A DNA stretch of 63,466 nucleotides, the filler included, from Craspedostauros australis (taxonomy: Eukaryota), in the NCBI GenBank assembly GCA_030167865.1. It is 5 parts of 5 records of this genome, joined end to end, with 100 filler letters (N's around TTAATTAATTAA, not from the genome) between each part and the next. Parts side by side here need not be neighbours in the genome. Positions count along the whole stretch, not along the records: positions 5,607 to 26,358 come from JALAGF010004626.1; 4 more parts are not named here. The stretch is one strand, 5' to 3'. The translations under genes and the position numbers were made by a program. This document shows positions 12,527-26,200 of this stretch, piece after piece. The notes under the pieces are model-generated. The model ran no database searches. It had not been told where the DNA came from and saw only the letters and a program-made list of their open reading frames with translations. How positions within the stretch are numbered: the stretch's first letter is position 1; each line of letters begins with the position of its first letter.

Positions 12527-13008
12527 AGCAAGCAAGCAACATGGATTCAGAGCAGTTGACGTTTGGGTAGAGCAGGCTATTGTAGTGTTTTGCATTGTTT
12601 GTGAGTAGTCAGCAGCTACCATATGCTGGAGATGGTACGACTGATACGTAGCGAAGCACTTGATGCGTTTGAATTAGTTTGTATGTCCGTATATGTATGT
12701 GCATGTATTTATTGTATAATATTACATAGAATAATATGTTGTCTGCCGGTTTACTATACGATTGGCCGGTTGGTTCGAACGATGTAGTGAAACGGGGTTG
12801 GATTCAAGCTCATCCAATGCAACTTGACTTGGTTTCACTTTGTCGAGGGAAGGTGGCGGCTGCTTTACGGATACTGTGATCCAGGTACATGGCGAAGTAG
12901 CGACAACGGTGAATGGTGACGATGGGGAACAGCGATGAGTGCCTGCGTGCAAGGATGGTGGGAGTAAGAACATATCGTAGTATACGTAGAATGCATGCTC
13001 CACCATCA

Positions 13009-13590
13009 TCACAGAATCCCTTTGACGCTGCCATCCATGTCGATGCGGAACATCATAGTGACGCGACGTGAAGGTGGTTCCGGAGGTGTCTGCTCACGAC
13101 AGCAGCGCTGCTGCGATTCTATCTTGTGCTGCGCAGGCAGTTGTTGTTCTGTGTCCTCGTGAGTGCCATCACAGGAACTGCTGCTGCTTGTGCTGTCGTC
13201 GTCCCGCCATATCCCATCTTCGAACTCGTGGACGATCAATCCGTACGATTCGTTGGCCAGCACCATCGGCCCTTGCGGCATATACGGCAAAGGCGATCGC
13301 ACAAGGGCGATGCTGTCATCGCCGCTCGTGTAGATGCTGTTGCAGTCGCTGTCTTGGCTCCGTTGCAGCATCAAGGATGCTGGAGACGATGCGGACGACG
13401 ACGACGACGATGCATCCGTCGTGGACTCCAGCAACGGTGGCTTGTCCATCGAGCCGCTGCGTTCCTGTTGCCTCTGTCTCTTGCGACGCTGCCGTCGCTC
13501 GTAGCCGCGTTCCTGCCGTTGTCTCGACGACTTCCTGCCTCCTTTCTCAAATGCCCAGCGCCGCACGGCCGATCCGAATAGCGTCGTCAT
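13009..13590 (-). CDS. Hypothetical low-complexity protein (193 aa)
   Basis: ATG-initiated ORF with R/Q- and S-rich tracts; no domain recognised. Confidence 0.45.
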   Translation of the reverse strand: MTTLFGSAVRRWAFEKGGRKSSRQRQERGYERRQRRKRQRQQERSGSMDKPPLLESTTDASSSSSSASSPASLMLQRSQDSDCNSIYTSGDDSIALVRSPLPYMPQGPMVLANESYGLIVHEFEDGIWRDDDSTSSSSSCDGTHEDTEQQLPAQHKIESQQRCCREQTPPEPPSRRVTMMFRIDMDGSVKGIL

Positions 13591-13851
13591 GATGCGGGTG
13601 CTGCAGAGTGTTCCAGTTTGAGCGTGATCTGCGTTCTGTCGAATTGGTCTTGTGGAGGGATCCGCTGCGCAATGAATGGAGTGCCAATGATGATGGGTGC
13701 TCTCTTTGTTAGGTATTCTATTATGACAGCGAAGAATGATGATGATGTAGTATATGAGTACGGCAGCAGTGTCGTACTGGTATCCTGTTCTGTTCTACTC
13801 TCCTCTGGGATGCTCGCGTCTACTTGTACTTGTGTAAGCCTTTCTCTTTGT

Positions 13852-13942
13852 CTCTCCTTGTGTCTTCTCTCCTTGTGTCTCCTTGTGTCTCCTTGTCTCT
13901 CCTTGTGTCTTCCTGTGTCTCCTTGTGTCTTCCTGTGTCTGT
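13852..13942. repeat. Imperfect ~10-bp tandem repeat (CTCCTTGTGT)n
   Basis: Repeated ccttgtgtct / tcctgtgtct units. Confidence 0.8.
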
Positions 13943-14756
13943 GTCAGCCTCTCTTTGCCGCCCTGCGGATCGTCTTTTGAACTGTTGTGGTTTGATTTGA
14001 AGTGATTGTTCGATCAAGACAGACAAAGACAGAGACAGATCACTCACACAACGACCTACTCCACTCAATGCTCACTCTTTCGGACTCGAAGAGTTGATGA
14101 GTATGGTGATGTCCGCCACGAGTCCGACACGGCACAAGCAATGGAGCACAATGGTATTGAGTGGGTGAAGGCCACGTGCTGTCCTTTCCACAGAATTTGG
14201 TTGCAACTAAACCCCAACAAGCCGTGTGGTGCCGTTGGATGGAGGTGACAACCACGAACACGACCGGTTGGAGTTGTGGTGAACTTCTCTTCACGGTTTT
14301 GCGAGTCTCCGCGTTAAATAACTCTATCGTGTTTGGAGTGTCCATACGCACATTTGAATTACTGCATCACGTCCAATGATACAACCATGACCATGTGCAT
14401 CGCGAAAAACGCGCCAAAACAGACCTCAAAGAGAATTCCTTGACAACTGTGACGTTGATGACTTGTCCGACTTCAATCGCCGTTTTCTCATTTGATTCCA
14501 TACCGGGATTTGCTAATCCGCGTTGGTGTAGAGCGGACTACAGGCACACACGCAGATTCAGACGTTTGGTCGATGCGACACAATGTGACAGACAACATGA
14601 ATCCATACGTACATAGTACCAATCCTGAAGACCAACCAACTCTCGCAAGGTCGCGCAATGAATTGCTTGATAAGAGATTCAGCGCGTACCATCATCTATG
14701 TATCAATTATTGTGGAGTGTCTGCATTTGCTGCTTGCAGAGCACAGGCGTCATGGA

Positions 14757-15957
14757 TTACATCGGAGGTGGTGGTGGTGGCGGCGGCGGCGGTATCGACA
14801 TGGGTGCGGACGATGGATGGGCGGGTATCGGTGGTGGCGGAGGAGGTGGCGGTGGAGCTCCAAATCCACTGTGGTGGTTGACAGGGAGAATAGGAATCGA
14901 GGAAAAGAGTTGACATGATGTGAGAAAGGCAATGCATCCCTTGGGCGAATCTACAATTCGTCACAGACCAACAACAGAACAAAAATATTACGGAAAGCAA
15001 CAGCACAGATCCAATCCAAGTCGCGCCTTCGTCTTACCTCGCTCCCATTGGCGGCGGCGGTGGTGGGGGTGGAGGCGGGGGCGGCATTCCAGGTCCTCCC
15101 ATGGCAGCACCAGCCGATGGCATCGGCGGCGGCGGCGGCGGGATGCTTCCCTGCATCGGGCCACGGCCACCCATCATCATCGGCGGTGGTGGGGGTGGTG
15201 GCGGGACACCACCACCGAAGCCTCCAGGTGCAGATCCAAACTGTCCCGCCGGACGTGGCTGGAACCTCGATGTGGCACGTTGATCCTGCTGCTGGCGTTC
15301 CCTGCGTGCGGCCGCGAGCATCCTCTCGGCTCGGCTGCCATGTCGCTCCATCCTGGCGGCGGGTCGACCAGCATCGTCACCTCCCGACGACGTGTCCTTC
15401 TTGAAGGCGTACTGCACGACGATCTGGCGACTTCCCAAGTACTGCTCATTCATGCAATCGATGGCAGCATCGGAGGCCTCGAAGGCATCGTAACTGACAA
15501 AGCCGAAGCCCTTGCTGGAGTTGGTCTGCTGATCGCGCATGATCTTGGGCGGCTTGATGAGGGTTCCGAATGCCGAGAAGGTATCGTAGAGCAGCTGCTC
15601 GTCGACGTCTTTGGGATCGAGATTGCCGACGAAGAGGTTGGCGCCCACGTCGCGCGTGCTGGCCGCCGTTGATTTGCTGTTGAGCGAGCTCTTGGAGACC
15701 TTGAGCGGACGTCCGTAGAGCGGCACCATGTTGAGGATGGCGATGGCGTACTCCGCGTCGATGGTGTCGAGGAATTCGATGAAGCCGTAGCCGTTGTGCG
15801 TCTGCGTGACCTTGTCCTTGGGCATGTAGACGGACTTGACGCGTCCCACCTGCATGAACAGCTCCATCAGCAGATCTTCGGAACATGCCGGCTCCAGGTT
15901 GCCGGCGTAGACGGTCGCATCTTGGTTGCGGTGTTCCACGTTCGCCAGGCTCGCCAT
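14757..15957 (-). CDS. SF3B4: Splicing factor 3B subunit 4 (SAP49/Hsh49); exons 15957-15038 and 14868-14757
   Basis: [62 protein letters not shown] (two RRMs). Intron GTAAGA...CACAG (15037-14869) adds a poly-Pro exon ending in TAA. Confidence 0.95.
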
Positions 15958-16618
15958 GTTGGGTGTGTGCACTGTACGAGCACTGCTGTACTCTCTGGAG
16001 TTCTCTGGTATCAGCCGCCTTCGAATTGCTGGATGTCACACCTGATGCCGACCTCCGAGATGTTGATGATGATGGCGCAAGTCAATTCTCCTTCGCTCCT
16101 CTCATGAATGATGATGGCCATGGTGGTGGCAGTGGTGATGTTGGTTGTTGTTGTCGCATGTTTTGTGTGTGGTTCGATTTCCGTTGTTTGTTGGTTGGTT
16201 TGGATTGAATGGAATGATCGTGTGACGTACGAACGTATTCAATGTTTCCGATAGCAGTGTGATCGACGCATTCGGTTGTACGTCATAGATTTCGTCCTTG
16301 CGGTGTTCGACTTCCGTGTTGTATCGCGACATCAAAAGCGATACGAAGATCTCCAAAGAACCACAAAGAGAACTTCCGACGCGAACCGGACTGAAACGAA
16401 ACGAAGATCGCAACATGACAAACACCACAACAGAGAGGCTGTGACAGAACAACACGCAATCAGTCGCAGATTCCAGACAGATTCTCTGTTGGCGCAAGTC
16501 AAGAAGCGACACAATCACAATACCCTATCGCAACCACCCAGAGGTGCAACAAGTAAAAACCAACAACTAACAAGTAACAAGTAACGACACCACAGACACC
16601 AGAAGCAGAAGCAGAAGC

Positions 16619-17800
16619 ATGTCAACGCAAACCCCGAACGCGCCTGGCGCCAACACCGCTGCGCCGCAACGCACAGGACGCGACCCCAGCGGCTACCTGA
16701 CCAACCCCCCATCCACGGTGGTGAAGGTGGTGAACACCGCACGCGACGACATCAACGGCCTGCTGGGCATCGTGGTGTCCTACAACCTCGAGCGCCAGCG
16801 GTACCTCGTGCACATGACCAAGTCGCAGTCCACGATGGCCTTCAAGCCAGAGAACATCGCGCAAGGCAGCATGCGCGAGAAATACGTCTGCCAGTGGCAG
16901 CAGCTCAAGAACGACCCGCGCGTGCGCCAGAAGATGGCGCAGTACGTGCGCGAGATGCAGCACTTCGTGGCGCCCGCGCGCCTCTCGCACGTCATCATCG
17001 GCAGCGCCGTGCTCTTCCTCGTGCTGCTCTACTTCGTCGGCTTCTCAAAGACCATCATGGCCGTCTCCGTCATCGCCCTGCTGGCCGTCATTGCCGGACC
17101 CGACATTGCGGCCAAGAAACCGCCCGCGTTGATCGCGCAGAACTTCCCCAACCGCGCGCGCATCCGCATCGAGGAGACGCTCCCGCCGTTGCGCGGCAAG
17201 CTATCCAACAATCTGGCGCTCGGCATCGTCCTCTTCATGGTCGTCATCACCATTTACAACCTATTCTTCACGGGCGCGTCGTCCTCTTCTGCGGCGGCTG
17301 CTTCGGCGGGCGGATCCTTCGATTACGGCTCGTCCTATGCGACGCGCAAGCTCACCACCTCGGCGTCGATGGAGGATTTCCAACCAGACATCTCCATCTT
17401 GAAGAAGTACTACGAAATGGGATTCCAGGATGCTGCGGCTGGCAAGGCCGGGGGAACTTCCATACCATCCGTCGCCAACATGGAAGCCGAATTGAAGGGA
17501 CTCTTCGATCCTCAACCGTTGGAAGATGATCGCACGCTCGCATCGGATGACCCCATGATCTATGCCGCTGGACCGCCGCCATCATCATCGTCGTCGTGGT
17601 TCGACTCCAAGAACACATCCAGCATGACCAACGCCATGTCCATGTTCTACCTCTACCGCAACATTATGGATCTGGGACGCGATTCATCGACGGGGTTTTT
17701 CAGCATCGCGCAGCTCGCAGCCAACATGCAGCATCTCGAGCTGTGGCGTCAAGGATTGTTGATCTTGTCCGCCTACAAGGTGCTGCGAATATTCTTTTAG
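16619..17800 (+). CDS. Hypothetical multi-pass membrane protein (393 aa)
   Basis: Clean ORF with strong GC3 bias; N-terminal DINGLLGIVVSYNLERQRYLV segment followed by about three hydrophobic helices. Confidence 0.8.
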   Translation: MSTQTPNAPGANTAAPQRTGRDPSGYLTNPPSTVVKVVNTARDDINGLLGIVVSYNLERQRYLVHMTKSQSTMAFKPENIAQGSMREKYVCQWQQLKNDPRVRQKMAQYVREMQHFVAPARLSHVIIGSAVLFLVLLYFVGFSKTIMAVSVIALLAVIAGPDIAAKKPPALIAQNFPNRARIRIEETLPPLRGKLSNNLALGIVLFMVVITIYNLFFTGASSSSAAAASAGGSFDYGSSYATRKLTTSASMEDFQPDISILKKYYEMGFQDAAAGKAGGTSIPSVANMEAELKGLFDPQPLEDDRTLASDDPMIYAAGPPPSSSSSWFDSKNTSSMTNAMSMFYLYRNIMDLGRDSSTGFFSIAQLAANMQHLELWRQGLLILSAYKVLRIFF

Positions 17801-18184
17801 TCGTTTGGCGCAGTGCAGGGATGGTAGCATTGGTGATGATAAAGGATCGCGCTGCGTGTATGTCACGAATGGGAGGAAATCAAGCCAAGCGCAAGTCAAA
17901 CGCAAGGCAAGACGATCACACACATCTCAAGTATGACATGGATATCCGCCAGAGGGAGACTGTCAGAGATCAAGTCTACTACAATGTCCAATTACATACC
18001 ATACGTGACTCAGAGTATTCAATTCAACTCGAGTATTTCATTCGACTACAGTAAGCCTTTGTGTTGTCATGACAACCTTCCCATTCAAAGTGAACGCGCA
18101 CGCGTGTCCGATGTTGCAGATCATCGCTGTTCAACATACCCACCAGTGTGGCGTCTCACATTGCTCCCGTGGAGCTTCCCATCA

Positions 18185-21100
18185 TCACCACTCAATGCCA
18201 ACCTCCAAATCAAAGGCAGCGCCAAGCGAATTCACGGCAATGTAGTACGTCACGGAGGACTTGGCAAACCAGACCACGCGATGATGCGATCCGCACGATT
18301 TCCTATCGTCCGCACTCAGCTCCAAAAACGTCAACGCACCGCAATTCACGTAATCGTGGTCGATTGTGGTGTCATCCAGGATCGTGCGGAATCGCATGTG
18401 AGGTGAAGGGGGAGCATCGGACAAGTGTCGTGATCCGCCATCCGTCTCAAAGAGAGGCTCGGACACAGTACCGTTGTTCCCCTCGTCTGGGCGTACTGGT
18501 TTCGGAGGTATGGTCTCCTCTTGTTCTGGTGGAATCTCATATACCCACACCCGCGTCTGCACGGTACTCTGAGTGTTGCATGTTGTGGCGTGCATTTCCT
18601 CACCGGTGCCTTCGACCTTGTACCATACTTGCAGTTCCCCAGTGCTTCTGGCTCCTTCAGGAGAGATGCCTACTTGGAATCCCCGCGCCCCCTCCGTCGA
18701 GCCTTGAATTCTCACCACCGGGCCCTCGGTTTGTGTCGGCGAGAGATCATCCGACGCGGTTAGATTCAAGGGAATCGCCCGCCTGCAGATGTCATTGTAC
18801 GGCGCGATGAGGAAGTCGACGACACCGTAATCGTTGTCCACATCACGGCCGGACACGCGGATGAAGTACAGCGCGCCTACTTCGGATGTCCAGCGGATGG
18901 ATCTGCCTCTGGCCTGCGCTATCTTGTTGAAGTCATGATTGTCGCTCAGGATTACATCGCTGCAGTCCATCTCCATGCCAATGGATTGAGCTGCACTCTT
19001 TTTGGTGGATCCCATCGCATCATCGTTAGTTTCGGTATCAGCAGGAGTGCAGGACAGCGATTTGCAGTCATCGCCGCGGTACATCGTCAACTGCGTGTTG
19101 AATTGCGTATGGATGGAACAAGTGGATGCGATGAGGTCTCTGCCATTGCCAATGAAGGTGAACCACACATCACGACCATTCGCTTGGTCCTTAGCAGGCG
19201 AGAGTGTCGATGGGCATGTTGGAAAATCCACAATCGTACCATCCGCCATCACATCCATGAAGCTGCGGGTTGCGCTGCGCGTTGTGACCGTTCTGTAATT
19301 GGTGTCAAGAGGGATTGGGCCTATGGCTGATCTGCATCCGTCGTTGACCGCCGCATTCTCAACTGTGAGGGTGAACGTTGGACGCAGTGCGGTCGTGTCG
19401 CTATCGGTATCCATCATCGTCGTTGTCATCTCTGTCGGTGCGTTCGTCTTCGCCTGTACATCGACTGCGTTGTCAACAGTGAACTTGACGACGACGAAGT
19501 ACTCTTTATCGAACGCGCTCTTCCATGTCGCAGACATATGGTCGTTGCAGGGTGTGTAGATCAAGTCTTCTGGTCTTGGTGATGACATGCTTGCCGAAGT
19601 TATGTCCGTGAGCTGACGAAGGTCGCCGCAGGATGAGGTCTCGCCATCGTTGGCGAAAATGTAGATGGAGGTGGATGTGAGGGTGGGCAGCATGGATCCT
19701 GGATGACACGTGGACGCAGTCAACGCCTGGCCAGTTCCCTTGGTGGAGTACCAGAAGAGATATTCGTCGTGATTGTCAGAGGTTGTGTTGCTGTCATTGA
19801 CGATGATCGGGATCATGGGTGGCATCTCCTTGACGGTCTTCATGGTTGGATGCACCACTCCGATCGTGGCAGTCCCATCCGTTGGGATTGGGGTCGCAGA
19901 TTGGCAGGTCTGGTTCGCGGAAGCCTCGACCTCCTCCAATGTCAACGTGAACCAGGGATCGCCCAAGTATGGTCGATCTTCCGATGGGTGGACTGTGCTT
20001 GTAGAATGAAGCAAAGCGAGACGACATGATGTGAGTGACAGTCGATTGAGACATACAGTGGATTGCCAAATGACGGAGGCAGTTCTGCCAAGCTTCTTTG
20101 TCACAGCACGGCACACGCTACATGCAACGCAATCACATTCTCGCGCTCACCAATGAGTTTGTATTCGACCCCTTCGTGCGCATACCACTCCACGACACTG
20201 CATCCATTATCCGAAGCTCCGTCGTTGTTGGCATCGATGCATTGCAGATCGTCGCAGTCGCCCGTCAGCACGCTGATCTTGGTGTCAAAGACGGTGCCGG
20301 GATGACACGTCGAGGCACGTACGATGGCGCCTGTGCCGGTCGTGTTGAACCATGAGCCACGGTAGATGAAATAGTAGGAACCGCGCGTGTCGAGGAGGAC
20401 GTCGTTGCCGCACGAGACGATGGGGTCGACCTCCTCCGGTCGCAGGGCAGGGATGAAGGCGGTGATGTTGGATCCGACGGGCAGGCCGGCGGCATCGATG
20501 CAGTTGATTAGGAATGGGCGTAGTTGGCGTGATGGAGGGTAGGTTGAGACGACGGAGAATGCAAAATCCCCCTCCATGTTGCCGACGCCCTTCACGAGGA
20601 TGTGGTACGTGGTTCCGGCAGATGGGTACACGGTCGCGATTTCGGTGCCGCCGCCGATGCAATCCAAGTCATCGCAGCTGGAACCATGGAATACGGATAT
20701 TTCCGGGACGAAGCCTTGCGTGATGGCATCCACCTTGAGGATTGTTGGATTGTTGGATGTTGGCGTTTCGACGAAAGTGAGCTTGAGCCAAACGCCGGGC
20801 GCTGTGGACGTGGCAAGCCCGCAGATGCTCATCTCCGATGGTTGAGCGAAGGCACCTTTCGTCGACGACACGGTCGTCTCCGTTGGAGAAACGACCAGAG
20901 CGTCTTCGCACTGCAGGTTGTTGGGCAGCTCGAAGAGCTTCATGGCGAAGGCGCCACGCGAAGAGCGGAAGCCATGGACGTAGATGTAGTAGGTGTCGTC
21001 GCCACCATCAGTGCCGAGCGTAAATGAGGCGCGGCTCTTGTCGGCACAACCCGGCCCTCCTTGATCGTTGCCTGCGACGCACCGCAAGCGATCGCAGCGA

Positions 21101-22449
21101 TCGCCAGCGAAGATAGAGATTTGGGTGTCGTAGTTGGTCGCCTGCAGGGAGAAAGACTCGACAGAAGGTGGTTCGCACAGCGATGCCATGAAACGCCGAG
21201 ACTGCTGCAACAGGAACGCATCGCGCTGCACACGATACCATACACCCGCACCGTTGGCCGAGACGCTGTCGCATGTGTTGATCGCATCCGTTGTCGCGCG
21301 GGACGTGGTGCCGAAGACGGACGTGCCAAGATGGTCTTCATGGACGTCCACAGCGCACTCGCAGACGTTGTTGGATGCGCAGGAATCGCGGGCTTGGACC
21401 GGCTGCACGGGTGAAGGTGGCGCACTCGCTATCTGGGTCGGTAATGGAGTCGGTACGGAGTTCATCGTCGGCGCGGCCGTCTGACCGGCACCTGCCGAGT
21501 TGGAACTGGAGGTTGAGGTGGAACGTTTACGGGTGAACAACACAACACCGATGATGCCGCCAATCAAAGCCAAGATGGCAGCGCAGATGATGAGACGGCG
21601 CTTGGAGGCAGACGACGCATCATCCTTCATGTCACGCTGGGCCACCGCGGCATGCACCGCGACTGCCTCGATCTTTTTGCGCGCTTGTTTCTCGGCCTCC
21701 TCGCGGATCAGCTGCCGTTCCGTGTCGGGAATGTCCGCAGTGAACGAATCATCCTTGTCCGTCGAAGCGGTTGCATCGAGCGGAACCGCCAGCGGCAGGG
21801 ATGCCGGGAAGCTGGAGAGGCTGCCTTGTTGTTGCTGTTGCTGTTGCTGCTCATGGCTGTGGTCTACGCTGCAATCATCCGCGGAGGATCCATCGGCACA
21901 AAGCCTTTGCGCGCCAACGCGGCTCGGTTTGGAACCATCCTCAAGGCCGTCCAGACCCTGCACCACCGCAAAGTGCGACGCCACTGTCGCTTGATCACCA
22001 TTGCTGTTGCCATTGCTGACGCTGAGGTTGTCCTCGAGCAGCATCTTGTCGTAACGCGCGGATGCAGGGATCGCGTTCCTGCTCGATCGATATCCCACGC
22101 CCGACATGGAATGCTCGGAGCCTTCGTGCTTGCTCGAGGATTCGTCATCGCACGACATGCTGAGGGAGGCCATGAGGCCTTTGCGCTTGGCGCCAACGGG
22201 CGACACCAAGGCACCCGACGCATCCAAGCGGCAATGCTTGGATCGGGACGACCTTTGCGTTTGCGCATCATCGTCATTGTGCGGCGTCACGAGGCTTGTC
22301 GCCTGCGATGGCGAATGGCTCACCGAGACGGCCCCCGCTCTGGTCTGCCCGTTGCGTGGGCTGGTGTTGCCATTGTCTCGATCAGCTTGCCTCCGCAATC
22401 TGCCATGCCTGCTGCGCTTGCTGTTGTCTGAGTCCGAAGGAGTCCCCAT
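18185..22449 (-). CDS. Large single-pass (type II) membrane protein with six tandem Cys-containing ectodomain repeats, ~1368 aa; exons 22449-20151 and 19992-18185
   Basis: Intron 20150-19993 (GTGAGC...CACAG) joins the 788- and 643-aa ORFs in frame (YKLIVHPSEDR). TM LIICAAILALIGGIIGVVLF; repeated N-x-x-C-x-x-A ... VW[YF] ... ASTC ... [FY]DT-x-IS ... C-x-x-L-x-C pattern. Confidence 0.8.
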
Positions 22450-23216
22450 CGCGCCAATCCAATCCACTAGGAGGATCTCGTGGACTAGTACTAGAATAGA
22501 ATTGTGTGCTGTTTGCTATTAATATGATCCAATCTTGATGTTCCAGAGTATTCTTGTGATGGCGTTTGTGTCCTCTTGCCTTCTTGGTGCGATGATGTGA
22601 CGACCTTCAACGGATGGATGTTTCGCTGGCGGGAGCTTCGGTGATGGTTGGTGGAGACAATCCAACTCCTTTGCGCTCATTCTTGTCTGAAACCACTCAC
22701 ACAAATCAACGCCGTGGCCGAACCAAAATGGTATCAGTGCACACGATCTCACACAACACCGTCATTGTTTCGTCTTGGTCTCATGAACAACTACGACATG
22801 GCCAACATGGAGACGCTCGCTTCACAAATCCCGGTTGTGACACAACAACACAAGCCATCAACAAGGTTTCATGTGATGTTGTGAGATGGGCGTTAAATGT
22901 GATTCTACCTTCGGAAGAACTCCATTGTCCCAATGTTGGTCTTGTTCGTGAGTCGCACAGCCAAAAGGTAGCGTTGTAGTCGTGGAGTGTTATGTGCGTA
23001 GGAGTACACAAAAGAAACTATTTAAGAAAGCCACCCCAACAGTCTCGCTGGGGATGTCTGTCTGTTGACGAGTCTGTGAAAGCAAATGTGTCTGTTTGCG
23101 GATTGTGAGAACGACATGTGTCTGTCAGTTGAATCGAGCAGAACATCCGGGTGGCACTTCCAACCAGCTACAAGAGCGATAGCAGGTCGTCGATCACACC
23201 CAACACCACGCCGGTG

Positions 23217-26200
23217 GTGTCGTGAGAGAAGAGCCATGCAAACGAAGCAGGAGAGGCCATGGGCAAATGACATGTGGTGCAACCGCAGCCCCACTGCTGT
23301 GCTTGGTATTGGAAGCATGTCGCGGCATCCAACGACAACGTCGCTTCAAATGTACAGTTACCCTATTGGCATTTGCGCAGAGAATGAATGCAAACGTGCG
23401 GAGCAAAGTAGAGAACTCTCTCTCTATGGTATTTGGTGTGCATCATCTCGTTCAATTTATTATACTTGTTGGCTACTCTTGCAGTTCTATTCAAAGTCCG
23501 TCTTGTGCTGTCGCAACAGCATTTCAACCTTCTTGTTCGCGCCCCACTGTCCGTATAGACTGATGGACTCCTCCAGATGCGCCTTTGCCTTCTCTGTGTT
23601 GCCTCTGCGAGCAAAGAAAGCAGAGTACCTCTCGTTCGCAAGGGCCTGGTCGTGAATGCGCACCTGCCGCCGCGTCATTTGGATGGCCTCATCGTATTGC
23701 TCGATTGCTTTCTTATCTTGTTTCTTCAGAGAGTACTTCTCCGCATCCAGAAGCGCAATGTACGGGATGCAATTCGGATTGCCCCTCTTGGCCCACCTCT
23801 TCAGGATCTTCAAGAATGTGCGGGCATGCTTGGTGTAGTAGGATGGTTTGCATTTGTGCGCCATCCCGAAGCAGCAGAGCGCACTATGGAACAGCCCGGG
23901 AGGCAGAGTGTAGCTGGATGGCGTCGTCTTGAGCCAATTCAAGCAAGATTTGATCGCAAGTTCCGAGCCGATCTCATACTCACCAAAGTGGGCCGCGAGG
24001 CACACTCGAAGGGTCTCACGAGTCATGATGTGTGCGTCTGCCATTTGATGGTTGGCATCATACGCTTCGTTTGTTTCGTTGTATGCATCCCCAATCAATT
24101 GGGTTGTGTGGTTGGAGGCACCTCGAAGGTTCAAGACAAGCTGCCATAGCATGAGGGCCAGCTGGTGTTGGAGGTTCTGCTGGAAGTCCTTCATGGTGCC
24201 GCTGTGAATCAATACATCTTCGTCGAGCGAGTCCAGCGATTTCCCTGTGTGCAGGCCAAAGATGAGAGAGCCATACAGAGACCAAGCACCAATTTCCACA
24301 TCACCCATGGACATGCTCAATCTGGAGGCTTCCAACAGTTGGTCGGTACCATGTTCATATGGGTGCGTCCAGTGATGAATACCGACATGGTTGTAGAACA
24401 GGACCTTGCCGTCCAAACTACGATCATCTGATGCCTTGGTGATCTTCAGCGCCATCTCTCCACACTTGTGAGCCACATCGAAGCGCTCCAGTACGCACAC
24501 ATCGAGGATACCCTGGAAGGATAGGGCTGGTGCTGAATGTATCGTGATTCCTTGCTTCAAGCTCAGCCTCACTGCCTTCTCGGTGACCACGGGGACCAAT
24601 TCCGGCGCCGTCAAGTATGCCACGGTATGCAGCTTGCTCAGTGTCTTCATCACTGCTTCGTGATGTTCGTCACTGAACACTGACAGCGTGTCGCTCATCT
24701 CCCTTTCCAACCGTCGAAGGGTTCCCTTGGTTGCCATCATGCCTCGAAGCACGTACACCACCCGACCGAAGGTTGAAGAAGGAAGATTGCAGCCAAGCTG
24801 CGACAGCAGGTCCAGATGCATCTCCGCAGCCCCTTTTTCCTCGGTCGTCTCTGTCTCCGACAAAGATATGTCGACCAAGACATGATGCGCACGGACCTTG
24901 CTCAGTATGTCGCAGTCCTGATTGACGACGGCCTTGCAGTACGATCGTGCCTTAGCGAAGCTGGCGGTCACGAAATGGCTCTCCGCTGCTGATGAGTACA
25001 GCTCCAGGCTCTCCTCCATCAACGTCTCCCAGTGATCATCGGGAAGGAGATCGATCGCCATGGCGAAGTACGAAGATGCCAGATGGAAGGCAGACGCATT
25101 CGCGGCCTGCTGCCCAGCCTTGTGGTTGAGCATGATGATCTTCATGCGACGGTCCAGCTTCCGGTGGCTGGGCATGAGATCGGGTCTCGTGTTGAGGAGG
25201 TTCGCAATCATGAAGATCTTCTTGTCGAGCTGATTCTCAGATAGCGCGTACAGCAGGATCTCTCCAACTCGATACTTGAGCTCTGCGAGTTGGTCTTCTG
25301 TGGGTATCATGGACAGCGCGGCTTCTTGGACCTTGTCATGGATGAAGGCGTATCGCACGGATTTGGCCCGTCGTACCCGCATGCTCGTGTTCGTGCTGGG
25401 CGTCTGTTGGGAACCGCTATCAGTCAACGTGGAGCTTTGGCGATGCAGTACCTTGACTTTCTCGAGCAGCCCTTCCGTGAAGAATGTCTGGAGCATGGCG
25501 ATGATCTCATCCTCCTTGACGATCTTGGTGACTTGGAACACCTCGCGGAAGAACTTGGAGTGGCTGGAGTGGATGAAGAGGCCCGTGATGACTGCGCAGA
25601 CGTGCGAAGTAGAGAACGTGGCTCCGAGGCAGGCCGCGATGGATAGTACCCAGTGCGTGGAGGCGGACTTTTGGAGTCTCATCTTCATGAGGTCCATGAT
25701 GTTGTCGCCCGCGGTTGCAGATCTGTAGGTGATCTCGTTGACATCCCAGGCCCATGCTGCTGCGTGGCTGGCGTCATTCGTGACTCCTGATACTTCTGGG
25801 AGTGTCGCCGCTGCTGTTGTGGGCGGTGTTGGCAGATGATTCTGGGTGATGAGACCGTCCTTGACGAGTGAGTCAAGGTACTGCTGGATGAAGAACATGT
25901 TGCCAGCCGTCTTCCCGTGCACGATCTCTGCCAGAGGCATCAAGTGTGCGAGCGATGATTCGGTTTCGCGATGATCGGGATGATTGCCTTCGTCTCCTTC
26001 ATGCGAAGATACACGGAAGAGGCGCTGCAGATACACTGCTACCTCATCCACGCTCAGATCCTCGACCGAGAGCTTGCTGATGCGAATGGACCGTTCCCTC
26101 TTGGATTCTTCCAGCGATGCCAGGGTCGCCTTCAGGGTCTGGTTCACATCCAACATGTTCGAACGGTACAGTCCGATGATGGTCAGGGATGTGCTCCGAC

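Noticed and set aside
13852..13942. Short repeats as a CRISPR array (also 42316-42360 and 46412-46473)
   Set aside because: Tandem units without unique spacers, no cas genes, eukaryotic context.
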